From Auanema rhodensis (Eukaryota; Animalia; Nematoda), in NCBI GenBank assembly GCA_964057225.1, contig OZ059897.1, positions 17,608,001-17,672,000 on the forward strand: a stretch of 64,000 nt of DNA, in the 5' to 3' direction. Shown one piece after another: positions 25,273-38,606 of the stretch; the first letter of the stretch is position 1; the number at the start of each line of letters is the position of its first letter. The position numbers and the translations under genes were made by a program. Under the pieces are notes generated by a model. It did no database searches, was not told the DNA's origin, and saw only the letters and a list, made by a program, of their open reading frames with translations.

Positions 25273-28080
25273 ATATAAGTGTGAACTTATATCAGTTGAT
25301 ATCTCGGTGCATTTTTAAGCTAGCGCAAATCTGATAACACAGATCGACGCAGCTTAAAAATCCGCATCGAATGCACTATACTACATTGAGAAACGCTAAA
25401 TACAAAAATTAGTTATGATCGTTTGAAAAATGATGCATTAGTGTATGTTGAGTTTCCATGTACACTCAACATTGCTTCCAAAAACATTTTGACAAAAATT
25501 TTTTCGAAAAATTTCAAAATAATTTAGCAAAAAGTAGATGTTTTTAGATTCCTTTTTTCAAGGCAAAGACGATGGACAATGTTATTCAACGAAAAAATTA
25601 ATTCTTCAGGGTGAAAATCGAGGATATAAGTGTGAACTTATATCAGTTGATATCTCGGTGCATTTTTAAGCTAGCGCAAATCTGATAACACAGATCGACG
25701 CAGCTTAAAAATCCGCATCGAATGCACTATACTACATTGAGAAACGCTTAATACAAAAATTAGTTATGATCGTTTGAAAAATGATGCATTAGTGTATGTT
25801 GAGTTTCCATGTACACTCAACATTGCTACCAAAAACATTTTGACAAAAATTTTTTCGAAAAATTTCAAAATAATTTAGCAAAAAGTAGATGTTTTTAGAT
25901 TCCTTTTTTCAAGGCAAAGACGATGGACAATGTTATTCAACGAAAAAAACAATTCTTCAGGGTGAAAATCGAGGATATAAGTGTGAACTTATATCAGTTG
26001 ATATATCGGTGCATTTTTAAGCTAGCGCAAATCTGATAACACAGATCGACGCAGCTTACAAATCCGCATCGAATGCACTATACTACATTGAGAAACGCTT
26101 AATACAAAAATTAGTTATGATCGTTTGAAAAATGATGCATTAGTGTATGTTGAGTTTCCATGTACACTCAACATTGCTTCCAAAAACATTTTGACAAAAA
26201 TTTTTTCGAAAAATTTCAAGATAATTTAGCAAAAAGTAGATGTTTTTAGATTCCTTTTTTCAAGGCAAAGACGATGGACAATGTTATTCAACGAAAAAAT
26301 TAATTCTTCAGGGTGAAAATCGAGGATATAAGTGTGAACTTATATCAGTTGATATCTCGGTGCATTTTTAAGCTAGCGCAAATCTGATAACACAGATCGA
26401 CGTAGCTTAAAAATCCGCATCGAATGCACTATACTACATTGAGAAACGCTTAATACAAAAATTAGTTATCATCGTTTGAAAAATGATGCATTAGTGTATG
26501 TTGAGTTTCCATGTACACTCAACATTGCTTCCAAAAACATTTTGACAAAAATTTTTTCGAAAAATTTCAAAATAATTTAGCAAAAAGTAGATGTTTTTAG
26601 ATTCCTTTTTTCAAGGCAAAGACGATGGACAATGTTATTCAACGAAAAAATTAATTCTTCAGGGTGAAAATCGAGGATATAAGTGTGAACTTATATCAGT
26701 TGATATCTCGGTGCATTTTTAAGCTAGCGCAAATCTGATAACACAGATCGACGCAGCTTAAAAATCCGCATCGAATGCACTATACTACATTGAGAAACGC
26801 TAAATACAAAAATTAGTTATGATCGTTTGAAAAATGATGCATTAGTGTATGTTGAGTTTCCATGTACACTCAACATTGCTTCCAAAAACATTTTGACAAA
26901 AATTTTTTCGAAAAATTTCAAAATAATTTAGCAAAAAGTAGATGTTTTTAGATTCCTTTTTTCAAGGCAAAGACGATGGACAATGTTATTCAACGAAAAA
27001 ATTAATTCTTCAGGGTGAAAATCGAGGATATAAGTGTGAACTTATATCAGTTGATATCTCGGTGCATTTTTAAGCTAGCGCAAATCTGATAACACAGATC
27101 GACGCAGCTTAAAAATCCGCATCGAATGCACTATACTACATTGAGAAACGCTTAATACAAAAATTAGTTATGATCGTTTGAAAAATGATGCATTAGTGTA
27201 TGTTGAGTTTCCATGTACACTCAACATTGCTACCAAAAACATTTTGACAAAAATTTTTTCGAAAAATTTCAAAATAATTTAGCAAAAAGTAGATGTTTTT
27301 AGATTCCTTTTTTCAAGGCAAAGACGATGGACAATGTTATTCAACGAAAAAAACAATTCTTCAGGGTGAAAATCGAGGATATAAGTGTGAACTTATATCA
27401 GTTGATATATCGGTGCATTTTTAAGCTAGCGCAAATCTGATAACACAGATCGACGCAGCTTACAAATCCGCATCGAATGCACTATACTACATTGAGAAAC
27501 GCTTAATACAAAAATTAGTTATGATCGTTTGAAAAATGATGCATTAGTGTATGTTGAGTTTCCATGTACACTCAACATTGCTTCCAAAAACATTTTGACA
27601 AAAATTTTTTCGAAAAATTTCAAGATAATTTAGCAAAAAGTAGATGTTTTTAGATTCCTTTTTTCAAGGCAAAGACGATGGACAATGTTATTCAACGAAA
27701 AAATTAATTCTTCAGGGTGAAAATCGAGGATATAAGTGTGAACTTATATCAGTTGATATCTCGGTGCATTTTTAAGCTAGCGCAAATCTGATAACACAGA
27801 TCGACGTAGCTTAAAAATCCGCATCGAATGCACTATACTACATTGAGAAACGCTTAATACAAAAATTAGTTATGATCGTTTGAAAAATGATGCATTAGTG
27901 TATGTTGAGTTTCCATGTACACTCAACATTGCTTCCAAAAACATTTTGACAAAACTTTTTTCGAAAAATTTCAAGATAATTTAGCGAAAAGTAGATGTTT
28001 TTAGATTCCTTTTTTCAAGGCAAAGACGATGGACAATGTTATTCAACGAAAAAATTAATTCTCCAGGGTGAAAATCGAGG
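25273..28080. repeat. 4-monomer (1404-bp) higher-order duplication
   Basis: Rare variants GCTAAAT (25398, 26802) and GCTACC (25828, 27232) both recur at 1404 bp. Confidence 0.85.
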
Positions 28081-31000
28081 ATATAAGTGTGAACTTATAT
28101 CAGTTGATATCTCGGTGCATTTTTAAGCTAGCGCAAATCTGATAACACAGATCGACGCAGCTTAAAAGTCCGCATCGAATGCACTATACTACATTGAGAA
28201 ACGCTTAATACAAAAATTAGTTATGATCGTTTGAAAAATGATGCATTAGTGTATGTTGAGTTTCCATGTACACTCAACATTGCTTCCAAAAACATTTTGA
28301 CAAAACTTTTTTCGAAAAATTTCAAAATAATTTAGCAAAAAGTAGATGTTTTTAGATTCCTTTTTTCAAGGCAAAGACGATGGACAATGTTATTCAACGA
28401 AAAAATTTATTCTTCAGGGTGAAAATCGAGGATATAAGTGTGAACTTATATCAGTTGATATATCGGTGCATTTTTAAGCTAGCGCAAATCTGATAACACA
28501 GATCGACGCAGCTTAAAAATCTGCATCGAATGCACTATACTACATTGAGAAACGCTTAATACAAAAATTAGTTATGATCGTTTGAAAAATGATTCATTAG
28601 TGTATGTTGAGTTTCCATGTACACTCAACATTGCTTCCAAAAACATTTTGACAAAACTTTTTTCGAAAAATTTCAAGATAATTTAGCAAAAAGTAGATGT
28701 TTTTAGATTCCTTTTTTCAAGGCAAAGACGATGGACAATGTTATTCAACGAAAAAATTAATTCTTCAGGGTGAAAATCGAGGATATAAGTGTGAACTTAT
28801 ATCAGTTGATATCTCGGTGCATTTTTAAGCTAGCGCAAATCTGATAACACAGATCGACGCAGCTTAAAAATCCGCATCGAATGCACTATACTACATTGAG
28901 AAACGCTTAATACAAAAATTAGTTATGATCGTTTGAAAAATGATGCATTAGTGTATGTTGAGTTTCCATGTACACTCAACATTGCTTCCAAAAACATTTT
29001 GACAAAAATTTTTTCGAAAAATTTCAAAATAATTTAGCAAAAAGTAGATGTTTTTAGATTCCTTTTTTCAAGGCAAAGACGATGGACAATGTTATTCAAC
29101 GAAAAAAACAATTCTTCAGGGTGAAAATCGAGGATATAAGTGTGAACTTATATCAGTTGATATATCGGTGCATTTTTAAGCTAGCGCAAATCTGATAACA
29201 CAGATCGACGCAGCTTACAAATCCGCATCGAATGCACTATACTACATTGAGAAACGCTTAATACAAAAATTAGTTATGATCGTTTGAAAAATGATGCATT
29301 AGTGTATGTTGAGTTTCCATGTACACTCAACATTGCTTCCAAAAACATTTTGACAAAAATTTTTTCGAAAAATTTCAAAATAATTTAGCGAAAAGTAGAT
29401 GTTTTTAGATTCCTTTTTTCAAGGCAAAGACGATGGACAATGTTATTCAACGAAAAAATTAATTATTCAGGGTGAAAATCGAGGATATAAGTGTGAACTT
29501 ATATCAGTTGATATCTCGGTGCATTTTTAAGCTAGCGCAAATCTGATAACACAGATCGACGTAGCTTGAAAATCCGCATCGAATGCACTATACTACATTG
29601 AGAAACGCTTAATACAAAAATTAGTTATGATCGTTTGAAAAATGATGCATTAGTGTATGTTGAGTTTCCATGTACACTCAACATTGCTTCCAAAAACATT
29701 TTGACAAAAATTTTTTCGAAAAATTTCAAAATAATTTAGCGAAAAGTAGATGTTTTTAGATTCCTTTTTTCAAGGCAAAGACGATGGACAATGTTATTCA
29801 ACGAAAAAATTAATTCTTCAGGGTGAAAATCGAGGATATAAGTGTGAACTTATATCAGTTGATATCTCGGTGCATTTTTAAGCTAGCGCAAATCTGATAA
29901 CACAGATCGACGCAGCTTAAAAATCCGCATCGAATGCACTATACTACATTGAGAAACGCTAAATACAAAAATTAGTTATGATCGTTTGAAAAATGATGCA
30001 TTAGTGTATGTTGAGTTTCCATGTACACTCAACATTGCTTCCAAAAACATTTTGACAAAAATTTTTTCGAAAAATTTCAAAATAATTTAGCGAAAAGTAG
30101 ATGTTTTTAGATTCCTTTTTTCAAGGCAAAGACGATGGACAATGTTATTCAACGAAAAAATTAATTCTTCAGGGTGAAAATCGAGGATATAAGTGTGAAC
30201 TTATATCAGTTGATATCTCGGTGCATTTTTAAGCTAGCGCAAATCTGATAACACAGATCGACGCAGCTTAAAAATCCGCATCGAATGCACTATACTACAT
30301 TGAGAAACGCTTAATACAAAAATTAGTTATGATCGTTTGAAAAATGATGCATTAGTGTATGTTGAGTTTCCATGTACACTCAACATTGCTTCCAAAAACA
30401 TTTTGACAAAAATTTTTTCGAAAAATTTCAAAATAATTTAGCAAAAAGTAGATGTTTTTAGATTCCTTTTTTCAAGGCAAAGACGATGGACAATGTTATT
30501 CAACGAAAAAAACAATTCTTCAGGGTGAAAATCGAGGATATAAGTGTGAACTTATATCAGTTGATATATCGGTGCATTTTTAAGCTAGCGCAAATCTGAT
30601 AACACAGATCGACGCAGCTTAAAAATCCGCATCGAATGCACTATACTACATTGAGAAACGCTAAATACAAAAATTAGTTATGATCGTTTGAAAAATGATG
30701 CATTAGTGTATGTTGAGTTTCCATGTACACTCAACATTGCTTCCAAAAACATTTTGACAAAAATTTTTTCGAAAAATTTCAAAATAATTTAGCAAAAAGT
30801 AGATGTTTTTAGATTCCTTTTTTCAAGGCAAAGACGATGGACAATGTTATTCAACGAAAAAATTAATTCTTCAGGGTGAAAATCGAGGATATAAGTGTGA
30901 ACTTATATCAGTTGATATCTCGGTGCATTTTTAAGCTAGCGCAAATCTGATAACACAGATCGACGCAGCTTAAAAATCCGCATCGAATGCACTATACTAC

Positions 31001-31440
31001 ATTGAGAAACGCTTAATACAAAAATTAGTTATGATCGTTTGAAAAATGATGCATTAGTGTATGTTGAGTTTCCATGTACACTCAACATTGCTTCCAAAAA
31101 CATTTTGACAAAAATTTTTTCGAAAAATTTCAAAATAATTTAGCAAAAAGTAGATGTTTTTAGATTCCTTTTTTCAAGGCAAAGACGATGGACAATGTTA
31201 TTCAACGAAAAAAACAATTCTTCAGGGTGAAAATCGAGGATATAAGTGTGAACTTATATCAGTTGATATATCGGTGCATTTTTAAGCTAGCGCAAATCTG
31301 ATAACACAGATCGACGCAGCTTACAAATCCGCATCGAATGCACTATACTACATTGAGAAACGCTTAATACAAAAATTAGTTATGATCGTTTGAAAAATGA
31401 TGCATTAGTGTATGTTGAGTTTCCATGTACACTCAACATT

Positions 31441-32850
31441 GCTTCCAAAAACATTTTGACAAAACTTTTCGAAAAATTTCAAGATAATTTAGCAAAAAGT
31501 AGATGTTTTTAGATTCCTTTTTTCAAGGCAAAGACGATGGACAATGTTATTCAACGAAAAAATTAATTCTTCAGGGTGAAAATCGAGGATATAAGTGTGA
31601 ACTTATATCAGTTGATATCTCGGTGCATTTTTAAGCTAGCGCAAATCTGATAACACAGATCGACGTAGCTTAAAAATCCGCATCGAATGCACTATACTAC
31701 ATTGAGAAACGCTTAATACAAAAATTAGTTATGATCGTTTGAAAAATGATGCATTAGTGTATGTTGAGTTTCCATGTACACTCAACATTGCTTCCAAAAA
31801 CATTTTGACAAAAATTTTTTCGAAAAATTTCAAAATAATTTAGCGAAAAGTAGATGTTTTTAGATTCCTTTTTTCAAGGCAAAGACGATGGACAATGTTA
31901 TTCAACGAAAAAATTTATTCTTCAGGGTGAAAATCGAGGATATAAGTGTGAACTTATATCAGTTGATATCTCGGTGCATTTTTAAGCTAGCGCAAATCTG
32001 ATAACACAGATCGACGCAGCTTAAAAATCTGCATCGAATGCACTATACTACATTGAGAAACGCTTAATACAAAAATTAGTTATGATCGTTTGAAAAATGA
32101 TTCATTAGTGTATGTTGAGTTTCCATGTACACTCAACATTGCTTCCAAAAACATTTTGACAAAACTTTTCGAAAAATTTCAAGATAATTTAGCAAAAAGT
32201 AGATGTTTTTAGATTCCTTTTTTCAAGGCAAAGACGATGGACAATGTTATTCAACGAAAAAATTAATTCTTCAGGGTGAAAATCGAGGATATAAGTGTGA
32301 ACTTATATCAGTTGATATCTCGGTGCATTTTTAAGCTAGCGCAAATCTGATAACACAGATCGACGTAGCTTAAAAATCCGCATCGAATGCACTATACTAC
32401 ATTGAGAAACGCTTAATACAAAAATTAGTTATGATCGTTTGAAAAATGATGCATTAGTGTATGTTGAGTTTCCATGTACACTCAACATTGCTTCCAAAAA
32501 CATTTTGACAAAAATTTTTTCGAAAAATTTCAAAATAATTTAGCGAAAAGTAGATGTTTTTAGATTCCTTTTTTCAAGGCAAAGACGATGGACAATGTTA
32601 TTCAACGAAAAAATTTATTCTTCAGGGTGAAAATCGAGGATATAAGTGTGAACTTATATCAGTTGATATCTCGGTGCATTTTTAAGCTAGCGCAAATCTG
32701 ATAACACAGATCGACGCAGCTTAAAAATCTGCATCGAATGCACTATACTACATTGAGAAACGCTTAATACAAAAATTAGTTATGATCGTTTGAAAAATGA
32801 TTCATTAGTGTATGTTGAGTTTCCATGTACACTCAACATTGCTTCCAAAA
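31441..32850. repeat. 700-bp dimer duplication carrying the only net length variant in the window (349-bp monomers)
   Basis: AAAACTTTTCG (T6 to T4) at 31461-31471 and 32161-32171, exactly 700 bp apart. Boundaries are approximate. Confidence 0.85.
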
Positions 32851-35800
32851 ACATTTTGACAAAAATTTTTTCGAAAAATTTCAAGATAATTTAGCAAAAA
32901 GTAGATGTTTTTAGATTCCTTTTTTCAAGGCAAAGACGATGGACAATGTTATTCAACGAAAAAATTAATTCTTCAGGGTGAAAATCGAGGATATAAGTGT
33001 GAACTTATATCAATTGATATCTCGGTGCATTTTTAAGCTAGCGCAAATCTGATAACACAGATCGACGCAGCTTAAAAATCCGCATCGAATGCACTATACT
33101 ACATTGAGAAACGCTTAATACAAAAATTAGTTATGATCGTTTGAAAAATGATGCATTAGTGTATGTTGAGTTTCCATGTACACTCAACATTGCTTCCAAA
33201 AACATTTTGACAAAAATTTTTTCGAAAAATTTCAAGATAATTTAGCGAAAAGTAGATGTTTTTAGATTCCTTTTTTCAAGGCAAAGACGATGGACATTGT
33301 TATTCAACGAAAAAATTGATTCTTCAGGGTGAAAATCGAGGATATAAGTGTGAACTTATATCAGTTGATATCTCGGTGCATTTTTAAGCTAGCGCAAATC
33401 TGATAACACAGATCGACGCAGCTTAAAAATCCGCATCGAATGCACTATACTACATTGAGAAACGCTTAATACAAAAATTAGTTATGATCGTTTGAAAAAT
33501 GATGCATTAGTGTATGTTGAGTTTCCATGTACACTCAACATTGCTTCCAAAAACATTTTGACAAAAATTTTTTCGAAAAATTTCAAAATAATTTAGCAAA
33601 AAGTAGATGTTTTTAGATTCCTTTTTTCAAGGCAAAGACGATGGACAATGTTATTCAACGAAAAAAACAATTCTTCAGGGTGAAAATCGAGGATATAAGT
33701 GTGAACTTATATCAGTTGATATCTCGGTGCATTTTTAAGCTAGCGCAAATCTGATAGCACAGATCGACGTAGCTTAAAAATCCGCATCGAATGCACTATA
33801 CTACATTGAGAAACGCTTAATACAAAAATTAGTTATGATCGTTTGAAAAATGATGCATTAGTGTATGTTGAGTTTCCATGTACACTCAACATTGCTTCCA
33901 AAAACATTTTGACAAAAATTTTTTCGAAAAATTTCAAAATAATTTAGCAAAAAGTAGATGTTTTTAGATTCCTTTTTTCAAGGCAAAGACGATGGACAAT
34001 GTTATTCAACGAAAAAATTAATTCTTCAGGGTGAAAATCGAGGATATAAGTGTGAACTTATATCAGTTGATATCTCGGTGCATTTTTAAGCTAGCGCAAA
34101 TCTGATAACACAGATCGACGCAGCTTAAAAATCCGCATCGAATGCACTATACTACATTGAGAAACGCTTAATACAAAAATTAGTTATGATCGTTTGAAAA
34201 ATGATGCATTAGTGTATGTTGAGTTTCCATGTACACTCAACATTGCTTCCAAAAACATTTTGACAAAAATTTTTTCGAAAAATTTCAAGATAATTTAGCG
34301 AAAAGTAGATGTTTTTAGATTCCTTTTTTCAAGGCAAAGACGATGGACAATGTTATTCAACGAAAAAATTGATTCTTCAGGGTGAAAATCGAGGATATAA
34401 GTGTGAACTTATATCAGTTGATATCTCGGTGCATTTTTAAGCTAGCGCAAATCTGATAACACAGATCGACGCAGCTTAAAAATCCGCATTGAATGCACTA
34501 TACTACATTGAGAAACGCTTAATACAAAAATTAGTTATGATCGTTTGAAAAATGATGCATTAGTGTATGTTGAGTTTCCATGTACACTCAACATTGCTTC
34601 CAAAAACATTTTGACAAAAATTTTTTCGAAAAATTTCAAAATAATTTAGCAAAAAGTAGATGTTTTTAGATTCCTTTTTTCAAGGCAAAGACGATGGACA
34701 ATGTTATTCAACGAAAAAAACAATTCTTCAGGGTGAAAATCGAGGATATAAGTGTGAACTTATATCAGTTGATATCTCGGTGCATTTTTAAGCTAGCGCA
34801 AATCTGATAGCACAGATCGACGTAGCTTAAAAATCCGCATCGAATGCACTATACTACATTGAGAAACGCTTAATACAAAAATTAGTTATGATCGTTTGAA
34901 AAATGATGCATTAGTGTATGTTGAGTTTCCATGTACACTCAACATTGCTTCCAAAAACATTTTGACAAAAATTTTTTCGAAAAATTTCAAAATAATTTAG
35001 CAAAAAGTAGATGTTTTTAGATTCCTTTTTTCAAGGCAAAGACGATGGACAATGTTATTCAACGAAAAAATTGATTCTTCAGGGTGAAAATCGAGGATAT
35101 AAGTGTGAACTTATATCAGTTGATATCTCGGTGCATTTTTAAGCTAGCGCAAATCTGATAACACAGATCGACGCAGCTTAAAAATCCGCATCGAATGCAC
35201 TATACTACATTGAGAAACGCTTAATACAAAAATTAGTTATGATCGTTTGAAAAATGATGCATTAGTGTATGTTGAGTTTCCATGTACACTCAACATTGCT
35301 TCCGAAAACATTTTGACAAAAATTTTTTCGAAAAATTTCAAAATAATTTAGCAAAAAGTAGATGTTTTTAGATTCCTTTTTTCAAGGCAAAGACGATGGA
35401 CAATGTTATTCAACGAAAAAATTAATTCTTCAGGGTGAAAATCGAGGATATAAGTGTGAACTTATATCAATTGATATCTCGGTGCATTTTTAAGCTAGCG
35501 CAAATCTGATAACACAGATCGACGCAGCTTAAAAATCCGCATCGAATGCACTATACTACATTGAGAAACGCTTAATACAAAAATTAGTTATGATCGTTTG
35601 AAAAATGATGCATTAGTGTATGTTGAGTTTCCATGTACACTCAACATTGCTTCCATAAACATTTTGACAAAAATTTTTTCGAAAAATTTCAAGATAATTT
35701 AGCGAAAAATAGATGTTTTTAGATTCCTTTTTTCAAGGCAAAGACGATGGACAATGTTATTCAACGAAAAAATTGATTCTTCAGGGTGAAAATTGAGGAT

Positions 35801-38606
35801 ATAAATGTGAACTTATATCAGTTGATATCTCGGTGCATTTTTAAGCTAGCGCAAATCTGATAACACAGATCGACGCAGCTTAAAAATCCGCATCGAATGC
35901 ACTATACTACATTGAGAAACGCTTAATACAAAAATTAGTTATGATCGTTTGAAAAATGATGCATTAGTGTATGTTGAGTTTCCATGTACACTCAACATTG
36001 CTTCCAAAAACATTTTGACAAAAAGTTTTTCGAAAAATTTCAAAATAATTTAGCAAAAAGTAGATGTTTTTAGATTCCTTTTTTCAAGGCAAAGACGATG
36101 GACAATGTTATTCAACGAAAAAATTAATTCTTCAGGGTGAAAATCGAGGATATAAGTGTGAACTTATATCAGTTGATATCTCGGTGCATTTTTAAGCTAG
36201 CGCAAATCTGATAACACAGATCGACGCAGCTTAAAAATCCGCATCGAATGCACTATACTACATTGAGAAACGCTTAATACAAAAATTAGTTATGATCGTT
36301 TGAAAAATGATGCATTAGTGTATGTTGAGTTTCCATGTACACTCAACATTGCTTCCAAAAACATTTTGACAAAAATTTTTTCGAAAAATTTCAAGATAAT
36401 TTAGCGAAAAGTAGATGTTTTTAGATTCCTTTTTTCAAGGCAAAGACGATGGACAATGTTATTCAACGAAAAAATTGATTCTTCAGGGTGAAAATCGAGG
36501 ATATAAGTGTGAACTTATATCAGTTGATATCTCGGTGCATTTTTAAGCTAGCGCAAATCTGATAACACAGATCGACGCAGCTTAAAAATCCGCATCGAAT
36601 GCACTATACTACATTGAGAAACGCTTAATACAAAAATTAGTTATGATCGTTTGAAAAATGATGCATTAGTGTATGTTGAGTTTCCATGTACACTCAACAT
36701 TGCTTCCAAAAACATTTTGACAAAAATTTTTTCGAAAAATTTCAAAATAATTTAGCAAAAAGTAGATGTTTTTAGATTCCTTTTTTCAAGGCAAAGACGA
36801 TGGACAATGTTATTCAACGAAAAAAACAATTCTTCAGGGTGAAAATCGAGGATATAAGTGTGAACTTATATCAGTTGATATCTCGGTGCATTTTTAAGCT
36901 AGCGCAAATCTGATAGCACAGATCGACGTAGCTTAAAAATCCGCATCGAATGCACTATACTACATTGAGAAACGCTTAATACAAAAATTAGTTATGATCG
37001 TTTGAAAAATGATGCATTAGTGTATGTTGAGTTTCCATGTACACTCAACATTGCTTCCAAAAACATTTTGACAAAAATTTTTTCGAAAAATTTCAAAATA
37101 ATTTAGCAAAAAGTAGATGTTTTTAGATTCCTTTTTTCAAGGCAAAGACGATGGACAATGTTATTCAACGAAAAAATTGATTCTTCAGGGTGAAAATCGA
37201 GGATATAAGTGTGAACTTATATCAGTTGATATCTCGGTGCATTTTTAAGCTAGCGCAAATCTGATAACACAGATCGACGCAGCTTAAAAATCCGCATCGA
37301 ATGCACTATACTACATTGAGAAACGCTTAATACAAAAATTAGTTATGATCGTTTGAAAAATGATGCATTAGTGTATGTTGAGTTTCCATGTACACTCAAC
37401 ATTGCTTCCAAAAACATTTTGACAAAAATTTTTTCGAAAAATTTCAAAATAATTTAGCAAAAAGTAGATGTTTTTAGATTCCTTTTTTCAAGGCAAAGAC
37501 GATGGACAATGTTATTCAACGAAAAAATTAATTCTTCAGGGTGAAAATCGAGGATATAAGTGTGAACTTATATCAGTTGATATATCGGTGCATTTTTAAG
37601 CTAGCGCAAATCTGATAACACAGATCGACGCAGCTTAAAAATCCGCATCGAATGCACTATACTACATTGAGAAACGCCTAATACAAAAATTAGTTATGAT
37701 CGTTTGAAAAATGATGCATTAGTGTATGTTGAGTTTCCATGTACACTCAACATTGCTTCCGAAAACATTTTGACAAAAATTTTTTCGAAAAATTTCAAAA
37801 TAATTTAGCAAAAAGTAGATGTTTTTAGATTCCTTTTTTCAAGGCAAAGACGATGGACAATGTTATTCAACGAAAAAATTAATTCTTCAGGGTGAAAATC
37901 GAGGATATAAGTGTGAACTTATATCAATTGATATCTCGGTGCATTTTTAAGCTAGCGCAAATCTGATAACACAGATCGACGCAGCTTAAAAATCCGCATC
38001 GAATGCACTATACTACATTGAGAAACGCTTAATACAAAAATTAGTTATGATCGTTTGAAAAATGATGCATTAGTGTATGTTGAGTTTCCATGTACACTCA
38101 ACATTGCTTCCAAAAACATTTTGACAAAAATTTTTTCGAAAAATTTCAAGATAATTTAGCGAAAAATAGATGTTTTTAGATTCCTTTTTTCAAGGCAAAG
38201 ACGATGGACAATGTTATTCAACGAAAAAATTGATTCTTCAGGGTGAAAATCGAGGATATAAATGTGAACTTATATCAGTTGATATCTCGGTGCATTTTTA
38301 AGCTAGCGCAAATCTGATAACACAGATCGACGCAGCTTAAAAATCCGCATCGAATGCACTATACTACATTGAGAAACGCCTAATACAAAAATTAGTTATG
38401 ATCGTTTGAAAAATGATGCATTAGTGTATGTTGAGTTTCCATGTACACTCAACATTGCTTCCGAAAACATTTTGACAAAAATTTTTTCGAAAAATTTCAA
38501 AATAATTTAGCAAAAAGTAGATGTTTTTAGATTCCTTTTTTCAAGGCAAAGACGATGGACAATGTTATTCAACGAAAAAATTAATTCTTCAGGGTGAAAA
38601 TCGAGG

